Assembly: GCF_006345805.1 (NCBI RefSeq)
Contig: NC_042999.1
Span: 51,460,001 to 51,524,000, forward strand
Direction of reading: 5' to 3'
Source: Octopus sinensis
Lineage: Eukaryota
DNA length: 64,000 nucleotides
Shown here: piece after piece, positions 1 to 12,010 of the stretch
How positions within the stretch are numbered: the first letter of the stretch is position 1
Layout of the letters: each line of letters begins with the position of its first letter
Program-made: the position numbers and the translations under genes
The notes under the pieces: model-generated
What the model was told of the DNA's origin: nothing
What the model saw: only the letters and a program-made list of their open reading frames with translations
Database searches by the model: none

Positions 1-1339
1 ATAACCAATGCACATATTGGGCTCCTTCCTCACCTTCTCATGTCTTGGACAACAAAGAATTAAGTTAAAATACCCAGTCATGAAGAACGATCCCTGATAC
101 AAAACTCAAGTGAGAACCCTAACTTAATATAGCTTCTACACTTGGAATGGTGCTGCATATTTTTATCTCATACCCTATGTTATTACCCCCTATGCCATGA
201 CATGCTACTATAGATGTTATTCTAACTGTTCCCTATTTATACAACCAAAGGCACAACTGTAACTATGAAGGAACCTCTATGTGGTCGGTTTCACTTGCGA
301 GAAATAGTAGTCAAATCTCCTTTAAATCACACCGTCTTTAAAAATGTAGTCCAAGATATGCAGCGCCAGATGAAAGACAGGATGATCACAGTTGGAATGG
401 CATTGACTATAGGTTTACTTGATCAAGGCTGGCTGATGGTAAAACGTCATCTGTAACTAATGAGAGTACATTAATTAAAAGTAGATTAGTTTTCCATTTT
501 TTTTTTAAGAGCAAGTTATCTAAATTTATTTATTTTAAATTATTAAATTTTCATCCTAAATTCTGAATTAAAAATGGTAAACTTTTACTATTACACCTGT
601 GTCATGTAATAGGAAATAATCACAATTAACTTTGGTGGAGGAATTTTTTTTTTAATTTTCGAATTTCAAAAAAAAAACAAAAACTTTTCTTTAATTTCTG
701 GATCTTTTTGTTTTTTTTAAATCAATTTAAAATACATACAGGTTGAATTTTTTTTGCTTAAATCCTAACAATGGACCATTAAATGTGTTCGTGGGGAGAA
801 AAATATTAGAAAAACATTAATACGTCAGTGATAAAGAAACGAGCGAGGTAGGTTGGTTGTGAGATGTGCTAAAAATAAAAGCTAAACAGCCCTTAAACCA
901 AACACAAAAACTTTTTGTGGGTTGGGGTGGGGGTCATAATCGTATGAATTCCTGCGTGTAGAACATAAATTCGCAAAATTTTTCTGAAATTTCCGAAAGA
1001 TAAAACAGTTATGTAGGGTTGAAGGCGAAGGTGTACTAATGCCTTTATATATATATATATATCGCTCCCCAGACACTACAGTATATGTGATGCTTAAATC
1101 AGAACTCCACGACTTTGGTAATTAAGCCAATTAGACTGTAATTAGGTAAACAACAGAGTTAAACATAGCGAGGATTACCAATGCTTACAGCATGGTGCCA
1201 AGTGAATTACTTAACAACTTCCAAGATAGAAGGAATATTTTTGTTGAAGAACTATTTAATGATTGTGCATAATCACGAGCATCTCAAACAAATATATTCC
1301 GAACAAATTAATTACAAATAATAATAATAATCCTTTCTA

Positions 1340-1535
1340 GGCACAGACTCTGAAATTTGTAGGCAGTGGGTAGTAGATTACACGATCCCAGTGCGTTATT
1401 GGTATTTATTTCATCGATCTCCAACGAACGAACGACAAAGTCGACATCGGCGGAATTTGAACTCAGAACGTAAGAAGTCGGAAGAAATGCCGCTGCGTAT
1501 TTCGATCGGCATATTGACGAGTCTGCTAGTTTGCC
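1340..1535 (-). mobile_element. Decayed tRNA-derived SINE, family B (Meta-domain-like)
   Basis: Diverged match to the family B copies (gaatttgaactcagaacg B-box complement). Confidence 0.65.
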
Positions 1536-3782
1536 GAATCTGTTTAAAAAGTTGCATCATCAACAACACTGATAGAGTTTGACGATGCATAAATAAATAA
1601 ATAAATAAAAAAAATTATATGGAGTAAAATAATTATTTGATGCAAGTATAATTGTTGGTGGAAGTAGTTTAAGAAAAACCAACCAAGTTAAGTATTGGGT
1701 AGATCCCAACTTTAACCATATTAAGTCAACATGGGTAAGGAACACACAATTGAAATTGATCAATGCGGAATTGTTTACGGATGGAGGTAGGGCTTGGTGT
1801 TAAATCATTGATATATCAAGTTGGCAGCCGTGAAATAACAGAAAATAAAGTAATCTAGCAGATACACACGTGTTAGGAAAGGATGCCAGAATAACAAGGT
1901 ACTATAATACATTCATCGTCTTGTTATATAAAATATATATATAAGTATATACAAATACGATTTCATTTGTGCAGGGATCTATTATTAAATGAACACCACC
2001 GTAAATTTATTCTTTCAAGTGAGGTAAATACATATTTTACAAATACAGGAAATAAATTAAGGTAAAAAGGTTTTAAATAAATAAATAAATAAATAAATGT
2101 GCGTGTGTGTGTGTATACATATGTATATATATATGTGTGTGTGTGTGTATGTGAAGTGTAATCTCACCTGCTGCTTAGTGAAGATGCTGACAAGTGTTGA
2201 AAATACCAAAATATGATGTAATAATAATTATATTGGATTGTATTTACATGAATTAACCGCCGGTCCAGTTCCAGTGGCGAGTTGGTATGAGAGAGAGAGA
2301 GATAGACAGAGAAAGAGAGAACAAGAGAAAGGGGGATGATAAATAGATAGAAGGAGTGAAGATGAGGTTGAGAAAGAGAGAGAGAGAGAGTGAAAACCGG
2401 AAGTTGTTCAAAGTTATCTTCTCCTTAGCCTCGGTAGATTCCAAACTCCTCTCATATTAGGAAATACTGCATCTTTATGTTGATGAAATATTTTACCAAT
2501 GCAATAACGTTTCTAAAAGTTTAAGTTTATATTTTAAAAAATAATTTAAAGATAATCTTTATAAAGAACTTGTGAAAAATGTAATGAGAATATAGTAAAC
2601 TTATCAATACATTTTTGTTTTTTATCTAATAGTTTCGTTTTTCACCTGACAGCTCCAACTTTTAGACTATCATTATCTCGTTTGCATTCTTCGGGCACCG
2701 AGTCCTGAGAATATCTTTTTAGTGTCTAGGACAGAGTTACCACGTTTATAAGATTAAACCTGTTTTAGTAATATCATAACTTTTTGTTTCTGGTGAGGGA
2801 TCTATGTTTAGATTTTGCCTGGTTCTAGTTCCCTTGCACCACCCGTCCAGGCTCAGGGTCATTGGTGCAATTATTTCCATAATTTGTTTTATTGATTTGA
2901 ATATTTTTAAACCCGAGAAGAAGCGTGACAGTATTAATGACTGACGATCTTGGGTATTAGAACTATCTTGGTACATAGAACTGCCAGGCGCCTGAAACCA
3001 AATATCGCCAAATGGCTTAGTCTTTATCCCTCGTTACTTTAGAATAAATTAAGTTTCTTGGTTTATGTCTCTCCTGGATAAACGATAAAAGTATTCCAGT
3101 TAAGGAGCAGAAAGTGAAAATAGAGGTGAACATCGAAACTAATGAGGGATCATTGAATCCCTTTTTAAAAAAACCATTAGGTTAATAATATACACTAAAT
3201 TATTTCTTTTAACATAAACAGAATCAGGCCTTTGTCATAACTTCACTTTGATGCTCCTCCACGCGATTTTTTTTCTCCATATAACTTAATGAAAAATGCA
3301 TATTTTAAAATAAAACCTTCAAGGCACAACATTTTCGAGGATGTCGATTACTATAATGTTGATAACATTTTAGAAAAAAAAATTTTGGCGTAACTTCGGT
3401 ATAAGTACCGGATACATTTCAAGAAAGTGTTTTTTTTTATATATATATATGGGGGGTTAGCGGTGGGAGAAAAGGGTTTCTGTTATCTTCAGAAATGTAA
3501 ACAAAGCTACGTGTGTACTTATACCGAAGGATCGCCAAAAAAATTTTTTAATGGTGGGGAGAAGGAGTTTCATATTACCAACTAAAATTGTTTCCATCAA
3601 ATTTCTGTAACTTTACCATTTTTCTTTTCCCCACCCCCTCTCAGATTTCTACACTTGAGACATAAACATCGCGTATTCTACCCTCAAAAACGTGTCTATC
3701 AAAATCATATTTAAAATTTTTCTAAAGAAATTTGGCATTGAGGAGAATGATTGCAAACTCCATCCCAAATTTTTTTAATGTT

Positions 3783-4180
3783 GAGTGGCTGTGTGGTAAG
3801 TAGCTTGCTTACGAACCACATGGTTCTGTGTTCAGTCCTACTGTGTGGCACCTTGGGCAAGTGTCTTCTACTATAGCCTCAGGCCGATCAAAGCCTTGTG
3901 AGTGGATTTGGTAGACGGAAACTGAAAGAAGCCCGTCGTGTATATATGTGTATATATATATATGTATGTGTGTGTATATATTTGTGTGTTTGTCCCCCAA
4001 CATTGCTTGACAACCGATGCTGGTGTGTTTGCGTCCCTGTAACTTAGTTCGGCAAAAGAGATCGATAGACTACTAGGCTTGCAAAGAATAAGTCCTGGGG
4101 TTGATTTGCTCGACTAAAGGCGGTGCTCCAGCATGGCCACAGTCAAATGACTGAAACAATTAAAAGAGTAAAAGAAAGTA
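3783..4180 (+). mobile_element. tRNA-derived composite SINE, family A
   Basis: A/B-box-like head (gtggtaagtagc...ggttcagtcc), CORE-like ccttgggcaagtgtctt, internal TA/TG microsatellite, (GTAAAAGA)n tail. Multiple copies in the window. Confidence 0.9.
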
Positions 4181-5149
4181 ATCGTAATCTATACATTCAA
4201 AAATGTACTTCTGAAAAATTTAATCAAAACATTTTTTTTTTAATAAAAAAAAGTAAACAAACCAGTGAAACCTTTTATATTTTGAAACTAAGTACGTTTG
4301 AGTCTTCATTATAACGATGATTAATAAACCGAATTAGTCACTGCTATAATTTCAAAATGAGAATATCAGTTTATTTCAACCATACCAACAAACTCACGAG
4401 AAGGTCCCTTTAATATGCGTGACTGCAATATAATGGACAAGTTTTAAATATCTGCTGCAGTAATCTTGTGCTGCTTGTTGAGTGAGTCACCAAGGTTTAC
4501 TGTAGTCATTGTAACTACATTCAGACCACTTGTGGTATTTCAGCTGTGAATTGATATATTTTAGTTTAACTATAAAGATGATTTAGGGAACAAATACCGA
4601 AAGGAGAAGAAAGTTAATCTGTTTTCATATTCAAAGCATTTTTTTGATATCCCTAATTTATAATAAATTTTATATCGATCAATTTTATGTAACCGTTTAC
4701 TGTTAATCTCTTGACAAAGAACAAGATGCTAACTTCATTTAGAACCATGAGTCAAAAGAGACAGGAAATATCCTTGGTACTATCGCTTTGGCAATTGTAA
4801 TTTTAGAAGAGATTCAGGAACATAAAGGACATACTTCACTTTTAGCCCCTTTACTGAATATAAGTATAGCTGGATTAATATTGGGTTTAAATTGCTATAG
4901 GATCCATACATATATCAAGGGCACCCCATGAGGGAGCAAGTGACTGATGTATTCATATGAAGAAAGATTAGGCATCTAACATATACCAATTTAGGACCAC
5001 GAAGGACACATAACTAATTAATAATAGTTATATGGAGGAGAGAAAATATTATTTTAATGTGATCTTGGCATTTATAGCCAACAATTGCAGGCAGACTTCA
5101 CTATGAAAATATTGAGGTCTTAGTTATGGGAACAGAGTTTGCTCAAATT

Positions 5150-6330
5150 TGCCACTTGAAGTATAAAGGGCTAGAGATGATTGTATATCTTCATAGTAAA
5201 AGATTCTGACTTTATGCTAAGCAAATGAAAATAGACATTGCGTACCAGAGAGGCAAACTGATTAGAATGAGTAATTTCAATGTCTATGTTGGAGAAGTTG
5301 CCGGGTGTTATTAGAAAGCATAACATGGAGAGATGCAGTCCAAATGAAAATTTTCTTACTTTGTGCTCCAAGCAAATCCTCGGCATTGCCAAGACTATCT
5401 TCAAACAGTGTAGAATGGACTTGAATACATCCAGGCTCGAAGTATTAGTCTCCTCAACAGCAGGGTGAAGGAGATGTACACTTTACATGGATAGTGAGAG
5501 GAACAAACTGTAGCATGGGTCATGAAATACTCCAAGGACAGGTAGCCTTCAGATAAAACAAAACTAAATCTTCCTTATTAATTAAGAAACCAACAGGAAA
5601 GATGTGGGATTGGAATGCAAAGCCCACTTTCAAAAGAGATTTAGCTGTGACTATGGAATTGTGAGAAATACAACAGCAAATACTTGGAAACATAAACGTA
5701 AGATTCTTGCTTGAAGAACACTTTATGGCACAGTTAAGACAGCATCTGTGAAAGCAACACTTAATCAAGACTAGTTTGATTGTAACAATACCACTGCGAT
5801 TCTCCTGTTCAGCTAAAATATCTCTTGGCATTCAACATTCAATTAAACTCAAGTAAATTCAGAGAAGCTAGGATGGGATTACAACAATATATATTTCTTT
5901 ATTACCCACAAGGGGCTAAACATAGAGGGGACAAACAAGGACAGACAAAGGTATTAAGTCAATTACATCGACCCCAGTGTGTAACTGGTACTTAATTTAT
6001 CGACCCTGAAAGGATGAAAGGCAAAGTTGACCTCGGTGGAATTTGAACTCAGAACATAACGGTAGACGAAATACCGCTAAGCATTTCGCCCGGTGTGCTA
6101 ACGTTTCTGCCAGCTCGCCACCTCTTACAACAATATACCAGAGGAAACTGAAGTGGTAGGAAAACCAAATGGTTGCATTGCAAACTCAGTGGCTCCATAC
6201 ATAGAAGGAGAGATGGAACCTTAGAGAAGAGGTACCACTTAGCAGAAGTTAGCAGACGGATAAACAATATTGCAAAGAGAAACATCAAATTCTTAATCAC
6301 TTTGCAGAACTCTTCCACAAAATGCTCAAT
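5150..6330 (+). mobile_element. Old, heavily decayed RTE-like LINE (AP-endonuclease/linker region), interrupted by a SINE
   Basis: Remnant motifs resembling xDFNxxVG, TWIHPGSK and ILNHFAEL in broken frames. Confidence 0.45.
5892..6121 (-). mobile_element. Family B SINE with 13-bp TSD
   Basis: TTACAACAATATA at 5879-5891 and 6125-6137. B-box and gcctttcatcctttc..gtcgataaa core present. Confidence 0.92.
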
Positions 6331-6544
6331 GTATTAATGCATGGTATGTAGCAAACCCTGAGAAATGTGATACAACACACTGTTGATGCATGAATGGAAG
6401 ATCTGCTAAGAGTAGGGGAGGTTTTGGATAAAACAGAGTCACTCACAGATTGATAGGAGGCCTTCAGAATGGATGAGATCCAAGCACAAGTTTAGAAAAT
6501 AGAAAAGATAAGCTGCTGCTGCTGCTCCTCCTCCTCCTCCAGTC

Positions 6545-6900
6545 ATAACAGAGGAATTTAAGGTTGCCCATGGGAACCACTATGTGCTGATGATCTGTGA
6601 AAGGACTGGAAAAGAAATTCCAGGTGTGGAAGCAAAACCTGGGATCATAGGGCTTTAAAGTTAACTTAGCAAAAGCAAGGTCCTAGTAAACCAGAAAATG
6701 GAGAGGATACTACTCACTTCAGGTGAATGGCCCTGTTCAATATATAGGAAAGGCATAGGCAGGAATTCCATATATATAGTGTACCTAGTGCAAGCTATTG
6801 ACACATGGGAGGTGCAGTGAAACAGTCGAAAGATCAACAAAGAAAGTGGTGTTCATATGTGGAAGATGTGCAGCAGCCATAAAGCTTACAGATACATGGG
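6545..6900 (+). mobile_element. Decayed RTE-like LINE fragment (PHD-in-RT family)
   Basis: Remnants of PWExLxADDL, KKFQVWKQNL and WPCSI.RKG.GRNSI. Confidence 0.75.
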
Positions 6901-7226
6901 AAACAGATTTTGTCAAATGCCCTGGCAGCAATGCTACATGGTAATAAGACATGGGCTCTGAATGTGAAAGATAATGTGAGGATAAGAGAAGAATGTAGCT
7001 GGTATGTTCCATCATCATCTTCTTAATGTTTGCTTGGGTTGGACAGATCCTCCTACATGGTTTTTCCCCATTTGTCATCTCCTCTGTAAGGTTCAGCATC
7101 CTGAGATTGGCCATCATTACCTCTACCCATATCTTTCTCACTCTTTTTCCACAGTTCCCCTCAACTGGGATCACCAACCATTTTTTTCATTGTCATCATC
7201 ATTATTTATAGCATGTTCACACCAAA

Positions 7227-8894
7227 TTAGAATTAAAGGGGGATCAGCTAAGAAGCGTTTAGAAAATTGGTCAACCCATTTTAAAAACCTCCTTGGGAAG
7301 AATGCCAAAATCCCTGATAACCCCACTCTTCCAAGTGTGCCTATATCAGACACGCTGGACATCAACACCTCCCCTTTTACCATATTTGAACTAACAGCAG
7401 CCACCAAGCAACTAAAAGCCTCAAAAGCATTTGGTCCCGACAACATCCCAGCTATAATTTGGAAGGATGATAGATTTCTCACACTTTTGCTCAACCTCTG
7501 CAACCACACACTTTCCACCTTTGTCGCTCCAAAGATTTGGCACCAATCTCAAATCATCCCAATACCCCAAAAAGGCGATTTATCCCTCATCACCAACTAC
7601 AGGGGTATATCTCTAATGTCAATTGCTGCAAAACTGTACAACAAACTGATCCTAAATCGTCTTGTCCTTTTTGTTGAACCTTTGCTCCGAAAGAACCAAA
7701 ATGGATTCAGACATGGACGCTCAATGCTGAGCCAGATACTATGCCTACGCAGAGTTATTGAAGAATCAAAAGCATTTAATCGCGATCTTGCAATGGTATT
7801 TGTAGACTTTTCTAAAGCGTTCGATTCTGTAGATAGGTACAAGATGTTTGAAATCATTAAGCTCTATGGGATACCAGACAAAATCATTTCTGCCATCAAG
7901 GTCCTCTACACAGATACGTCTTCAACCATCTTAACCCCTGACGGAGAAACATCATCTTTCTCAATCAAAGCCGGAATACTGCAGGGAGACACACTCGCCC
8001 CATTTCTTTTCATCATTGTTGTTGATTATGTGCTCAGTATGTCAGTTGTTACCATCTCTGGCAAGGGCTTTGAAATAAAACCAAGAAGAAGTTCCAGACA
8101 CCCAGCTGAGTACTTGACAGACACTGACTTTGCTGATGATATCGCTCTTATCAGTGATTCTCTCTCCAATGCCCAGTCTCTTTTACAATCTCTTGAACAA
8201 GCCTCAAATTGTGTAGGTCTTTACCTCAATGAGGCCAAGACTGAATACACAAACAAGTGCCTGTCCAACAGTGATTGCATCATCCATACTCTCAACAATG
8301 CGCCCTTAAATATGGTTTCTGATTACAAATATCTTGGGTCATACATATCATCATCTGGAAAAGACTTTCTAACTAGAAAGGGTATGGCCTGGTCAGCCTG
8401 TAATGACATGCATAAGATCTGGTCATCAAATCTAAGTAGAGACTTCAAACTTGAAATCTTCAAAGCCACAGTCGAACCAATTCTACTATATGGCTCAGAA
8501 ACCTGGACGTTATCAAAGAAGCTTGAGAGGCGGTTGGATGGAACCTACACTTGCCTCCTTATGAGAGCTCAAAATCTCTCGTGGAAGCGCCATCCAACCA
8601 AAATGCAAATATATGGGAAACTACCACCTGTGTCATCTCTTGTGAAAGGTAAGAGAGTCCAGTTTGCTGGACATTGTTGTAGAGCTGAAAAAGAGGTTAT
8701 TTCTACTCTTTTCCTCTGGAAGCCATCTACTCGCAATACCAGAGGGCGCACACTCTCCTACCCTGATGTAATCTCCAGGGATACAGGCATCCAGCAACAG
8801 GACCTCCATAATGCCATGATGGACTGTGAAGTCTGGCATAGCATGGTAAATTCCATTGTCTCGACCACGGTCGAACAATGATGAATGATGATGA
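7227..8894 (+). mobile_element. 5'-truncated RTE-clade LINE with uninterrupted reverse transcriptase ORF (frame of 7004..8881) and TSD
   Basis: RT motifs NYRGISL, QNGFR, FVDFSKAFDSV, GILQGDTLAP, FADD, YLGS. Stop at 8879-8881 merges into a TGA/GAT tail. TCACACCAAA at 7217-7226 and 8895-8904. No endonuclease domain. Confidence 0.95.
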
Positions 8895-8944
8895 TCACAC
8901 CAAAGCACCCTAATGTCTTGCCCATTACAACATTTAATTCCTTA

Positions 8945-9203
8945 TAGTTCTATATTTAAGAGATGAGGAATTACATTATTTACATTATTTATATTTGATG
9001 GATATTTAGCCTCATCTTGTTTGTTATTAACACAACATTTTGGCTGATATACTCTCCAGCCTTCATCAGGTGTCTTGGAGGAAATTTTGAACCTGGGTTC
9101 TCATTCCTAAGGCATTTTTTGATGTTGTTATAATTATTGTTGTTGTTGTTGTTATTATTATTCAGGTCACTGCCTGGAATCAAACTCGGAATCTTGGGGT
9201 TAA
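8945..9203 (-). mobile_element. tRNA-headed, hammerhead-containing short element (left arm of foldback)
   Basis: Reverse complement aligns with 9199-9263 plus 9855-10043. Minus-strand CTGATGA at 9063-9069 and helix II ggctg/cagcc. Confidence 0.8.
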
Positions 9204-9263
9204 GAGCATGGGTTATTAACCCTAAGATTCTGAGTTCAATTCCAGGTAGTGACCTAAATAATA

Positions 9264-9854
9264 GACAGGTTAGCTAGGGAAGTTAAGCAGTTGTGGTCGA
9301 TGAAAAAGGTAGCAGTAGCACCAATAATTGTCGGAGCCCTGGGAACAGTGAGAAAAAATCTCAAGAAGTACATGGAACAAATAGGGGCTGCAATAAGGGT
9401 GGAGCACTTGCAGAAAACAGCACTGCTTGGAACCACTTGAATACTCTGGAAGGTGCTCAAAAAATAGGAGGTGTTTCCTTAAGCGGAAAGTGTAACCTCT
9501 CGAAAGAGCTGTTCTTCACTCCTGCTCCAGAGCATCGGCTGCGGGGTCACTCCGAAAAGCTCTATCTGCAACGATTTCATCTCAATCGAAGGAGAGGGGC
9601 TTTCTCCGTCCGGGTTATGGATCCGTGGAATAAGCTGCCAGATGAGATAGTGAAGATACCGACGACCGCTCGGTTCAAAGTCTCTCTTGACCAGAAATGG
9701 CCTGAACTCTTTGCATGAACACCACCCTGTACATAACTCCATGTCCCCCTACATGGCCTTGCTTTTTGCTTTTTGAGCCCAAAAATTAACTTAACTAACT
9801 TCACTGGTAGTGAACAGCTGACACTGTAGTATATCTTCAGCGTTGTGCAAAGGC
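9264..9854 (+). mobile_element. 3' end of an RLE-type (R4/Dong/HERO-like) non-LTR element, itself interrupted by CR1
   Basis: Translates KKVAVAPIIVGALGTV...LQKTALLGTT*ILWKVLKK*. 3' UTR resumes after about 9800 and ends in (AAT)n. Confidence 0.8.
9480..9800 (+). mobile_element. CR1-clade LINE 3' end
   Basis: RGHSEKLYLQRFHLNRRRGAFSVRVMDPWNKLPDEIV...FKVSLD is the CR1 ORF2 C-terminal signature. Short 3' UTR with a (TAAC)-like tail. Confidence 0.85.
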
Positions 9855-9906
<52 letters not shown>

Positions 9907-10740
9907 TCAAAGAAAATACCTTAGGAATGAAAACCCAGGTTCGAAATTTCCCCCAAGACACCTGATGGAGGCTGGAGGGTATATCACCTGAAACGCTGTG
10001 TTAACAAACAAGATGAGGACAAATAATAATGTATTTAATTCCTTTCCTACTCATTTTGATTTGCAACTCATTTGTACTTCATTATTTAAACACACAACCA
10101 TCACACATCATCTGCATGTTTTTGTTTGTTAGAAATAAACTTGTGGAAGTTAATTATTTATGCTGACATTCTAACTCTCATATAATTCCTTCAGCTGATC
10201 AATGGAGACATTGCTACAATGATATTTATTGCTTCATCACTACTTCAATCTAATTCATTGTAATTAATCTTATTAATATCGTGATTAGTTTTCTTATTAC
10301 AATAAAATACCTGTTATTCTAATGAGCTTACCTGATTAATAATAACTCACGTATTCTGAAAGCTGTAAATGTATTTACTAAAGTTAAATAACCTTACTAT
10401 AACAATGGTTTCTAACACTGAGGTAAGGACAGAGGTAAGTGTATGTGTGTGTGTGTGTGTGTGTGCAAGGCACACTCCATTAAATTGGTCATGTTAAACA
10501 CCTGCCAGAGAAGTGAAAGGCAAAGTGACTGATCACAGAACATAAAGGATTGAAGTTAACACCATCCAGTTAATAGATTTTAAAGTACATCAGTGACATA
10601 AAATAGCAGGTAAATCTCTTTGGTGTAAATGTCAGTGACGTAAATGGAGATAATTTGATCAACAGAGAGTGTTTGTCAGTAAACATAAAACACCACCTGG
10701 TATCAACAGTTGGGTCTACTTCATCACAAGTGGCAACACA

Positions 10741-11010
10741 GTGGACTCTGCTAAAGGTACCCAAGGACCAGGTAGAAGAGTTAAAGTATGTGACAACAGA
10801 GCAGACTCTATTGTAGGTCCCCAAGGACCAGGCAATGGTGTAAAACTGGCTGACACCAAAGTGAACTCTGCTAAAGGTCCATAGAGACCAGGTGATGGTG
10901 TGAAACTGGTTAACAATAGAATGGATGCTGCTAAAGAGACCCAAGGATCAGTTGATGGTTTTAAACTGGGTGACAACAGAAATTACTGCTAAAAGTATTC
11001 AAGGCTGGCT
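10741..11010 (+). repeat. 60-bp tandem repeat, 4.5 diverged units, coding-like (20 aa)
   Basis: Exact 60-nt period at 10744/10804/10864/10924, with no indels in four units. Confidence 0.85.
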
Positions 11011-11024
11011 CCTGGCTTGATGGA

Positions 11025-11545
11025 GCTGGGGTCATTCCAAATTAGTGATCCCAGAGACGTCCTCATGCATAAAGCCTACCAAGTCCACTAGTGCTCTCCA
11101 TTGCTGACGGTCCAAAGCCAGCCCCTCTGTATCCTCCAAGTTGATGTTGAGCCTCTGTAGATCTCCCCCAATCACATCCAGCCATCTGGTGTAGGACCTG
11201 CCATGCAGCCTCTTCTGGCTTGCAGTTGCTGCATTGAATGAGTGTAAAACCCTGGCAGGATGATCTAGTGGGAGACAGAAGACATGTCTGTACCAGCACA
11301 TTTGATGGATGGCTATGCGGTGGGAGGCTGTGAGCTGATGCATGCATACATGCAGTTGTAAGTGTGATGATAGTATCTGATCTTCTTGATGGTCCTCAGA
11401 GCTCTGCTATTGAAGTTGTTGATCTTCTTTGCCAGGATTTTCAAGAGGGACCACATTTCTGCTCCATAGAGGAGAATGGAGAGGATTGATGTGTTGTAGA
11501 TGCAGAGCTTCGTCTTCTAGGAGATAGAGTAGTGGGTGATGGAGA
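11025..11545 (-). mobile_element. RTE-clade LINE 3' fragment
   Basis: LLYGAEMW, WYRHV and KRLHGRSYTRWLDVIGGDL...DRQQWR resemble the RTE ORF C-terminus. Confidence 0.8.
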
Positions 11546-11564
11546 AGAAAGCTGAAATTCTTCA

Positions 11565-11770
11565 GAATCAAGAACTATTGAAAAGGTTGCAAGATGCAAC
11601 GAAAATTTTAGGAAAATAAAAATAAGAAAAAAGTGGAAATTTTACCAGTGAGTGTGTTACATTATAAGGCACAAAAAGAAAATGACTCTCTCCAGACACA
11701 ACAGGATATGCTTCAACACATGAACTCATATAAAGAATCTTGCAAACCAAATCCAAAAATGAAAAATCAA
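11565..11770. mobile_element. Unclassified interspersed repeat, second copy at 49885-50135
   Basis: Near-identical sequence at both loci (caaaaagaaaatgactctc.ccagacacaacag...gaatcttgcaaacc). Confidence 0.8.
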
Positions 11771-11819
11771 TATTATTATTTTCCAAAAGCAATTATATGT
11801 TAAGTTAATTAGTAGGAAT

Positions 11820-12010
11820 GTTGTCTTGAGGTTTGGTGACAACAAGTCTCCTCAAGTCTCAAGAATCTTTCTTGGAATTCTTGCACAAAAAAGGATAGTA
11901 CTTCTGTAGGTCAACAATGTGACTTTCAATTCCAATATCTTCCAGTTTCTTAGGTAGCAGTTTGGGTGCCAAATGAACCAATTACTATAAAAATAATTGT
12001 TATCTTGGTC
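11820..12010 (-). mobile_element. Decayed RLE-type non-LTR 3' fragment
   Basis: IVIGSFGT...ARIPRKILET* resembles the R4/HERO C-terminus. Confidence 0.6.

Larger units (their letters stand above)
9199..10043 (+). mobile_element. tRNA-headed, hammerhead-containing short element (right arm), interrupted at its (AAT)n by 9264-9854
   Basis: Anticodon-like arm ggg-ttattaa-ccc at 9210-9222, B-box-like gagttcaattcc, degenerate hammerhead at 9957-10002. Confidence 0.8.

Noticed and set aside
7004-7226. N-terminal 74 codons of the 625-aa ORF as part of the RT protein
   Set aside because: They lie upstream of or within the left TSD, so this is a fortuitous open frame in flanking DNA.
11576-11615. Hammerhead-like ctattga-aaag-gttgc/gcaac-GAAA (also at about 49985-50020, minus)
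   Set aside because: A helix II and GAAA are present, but the core is not CUGANGA and no helix I can be formed.
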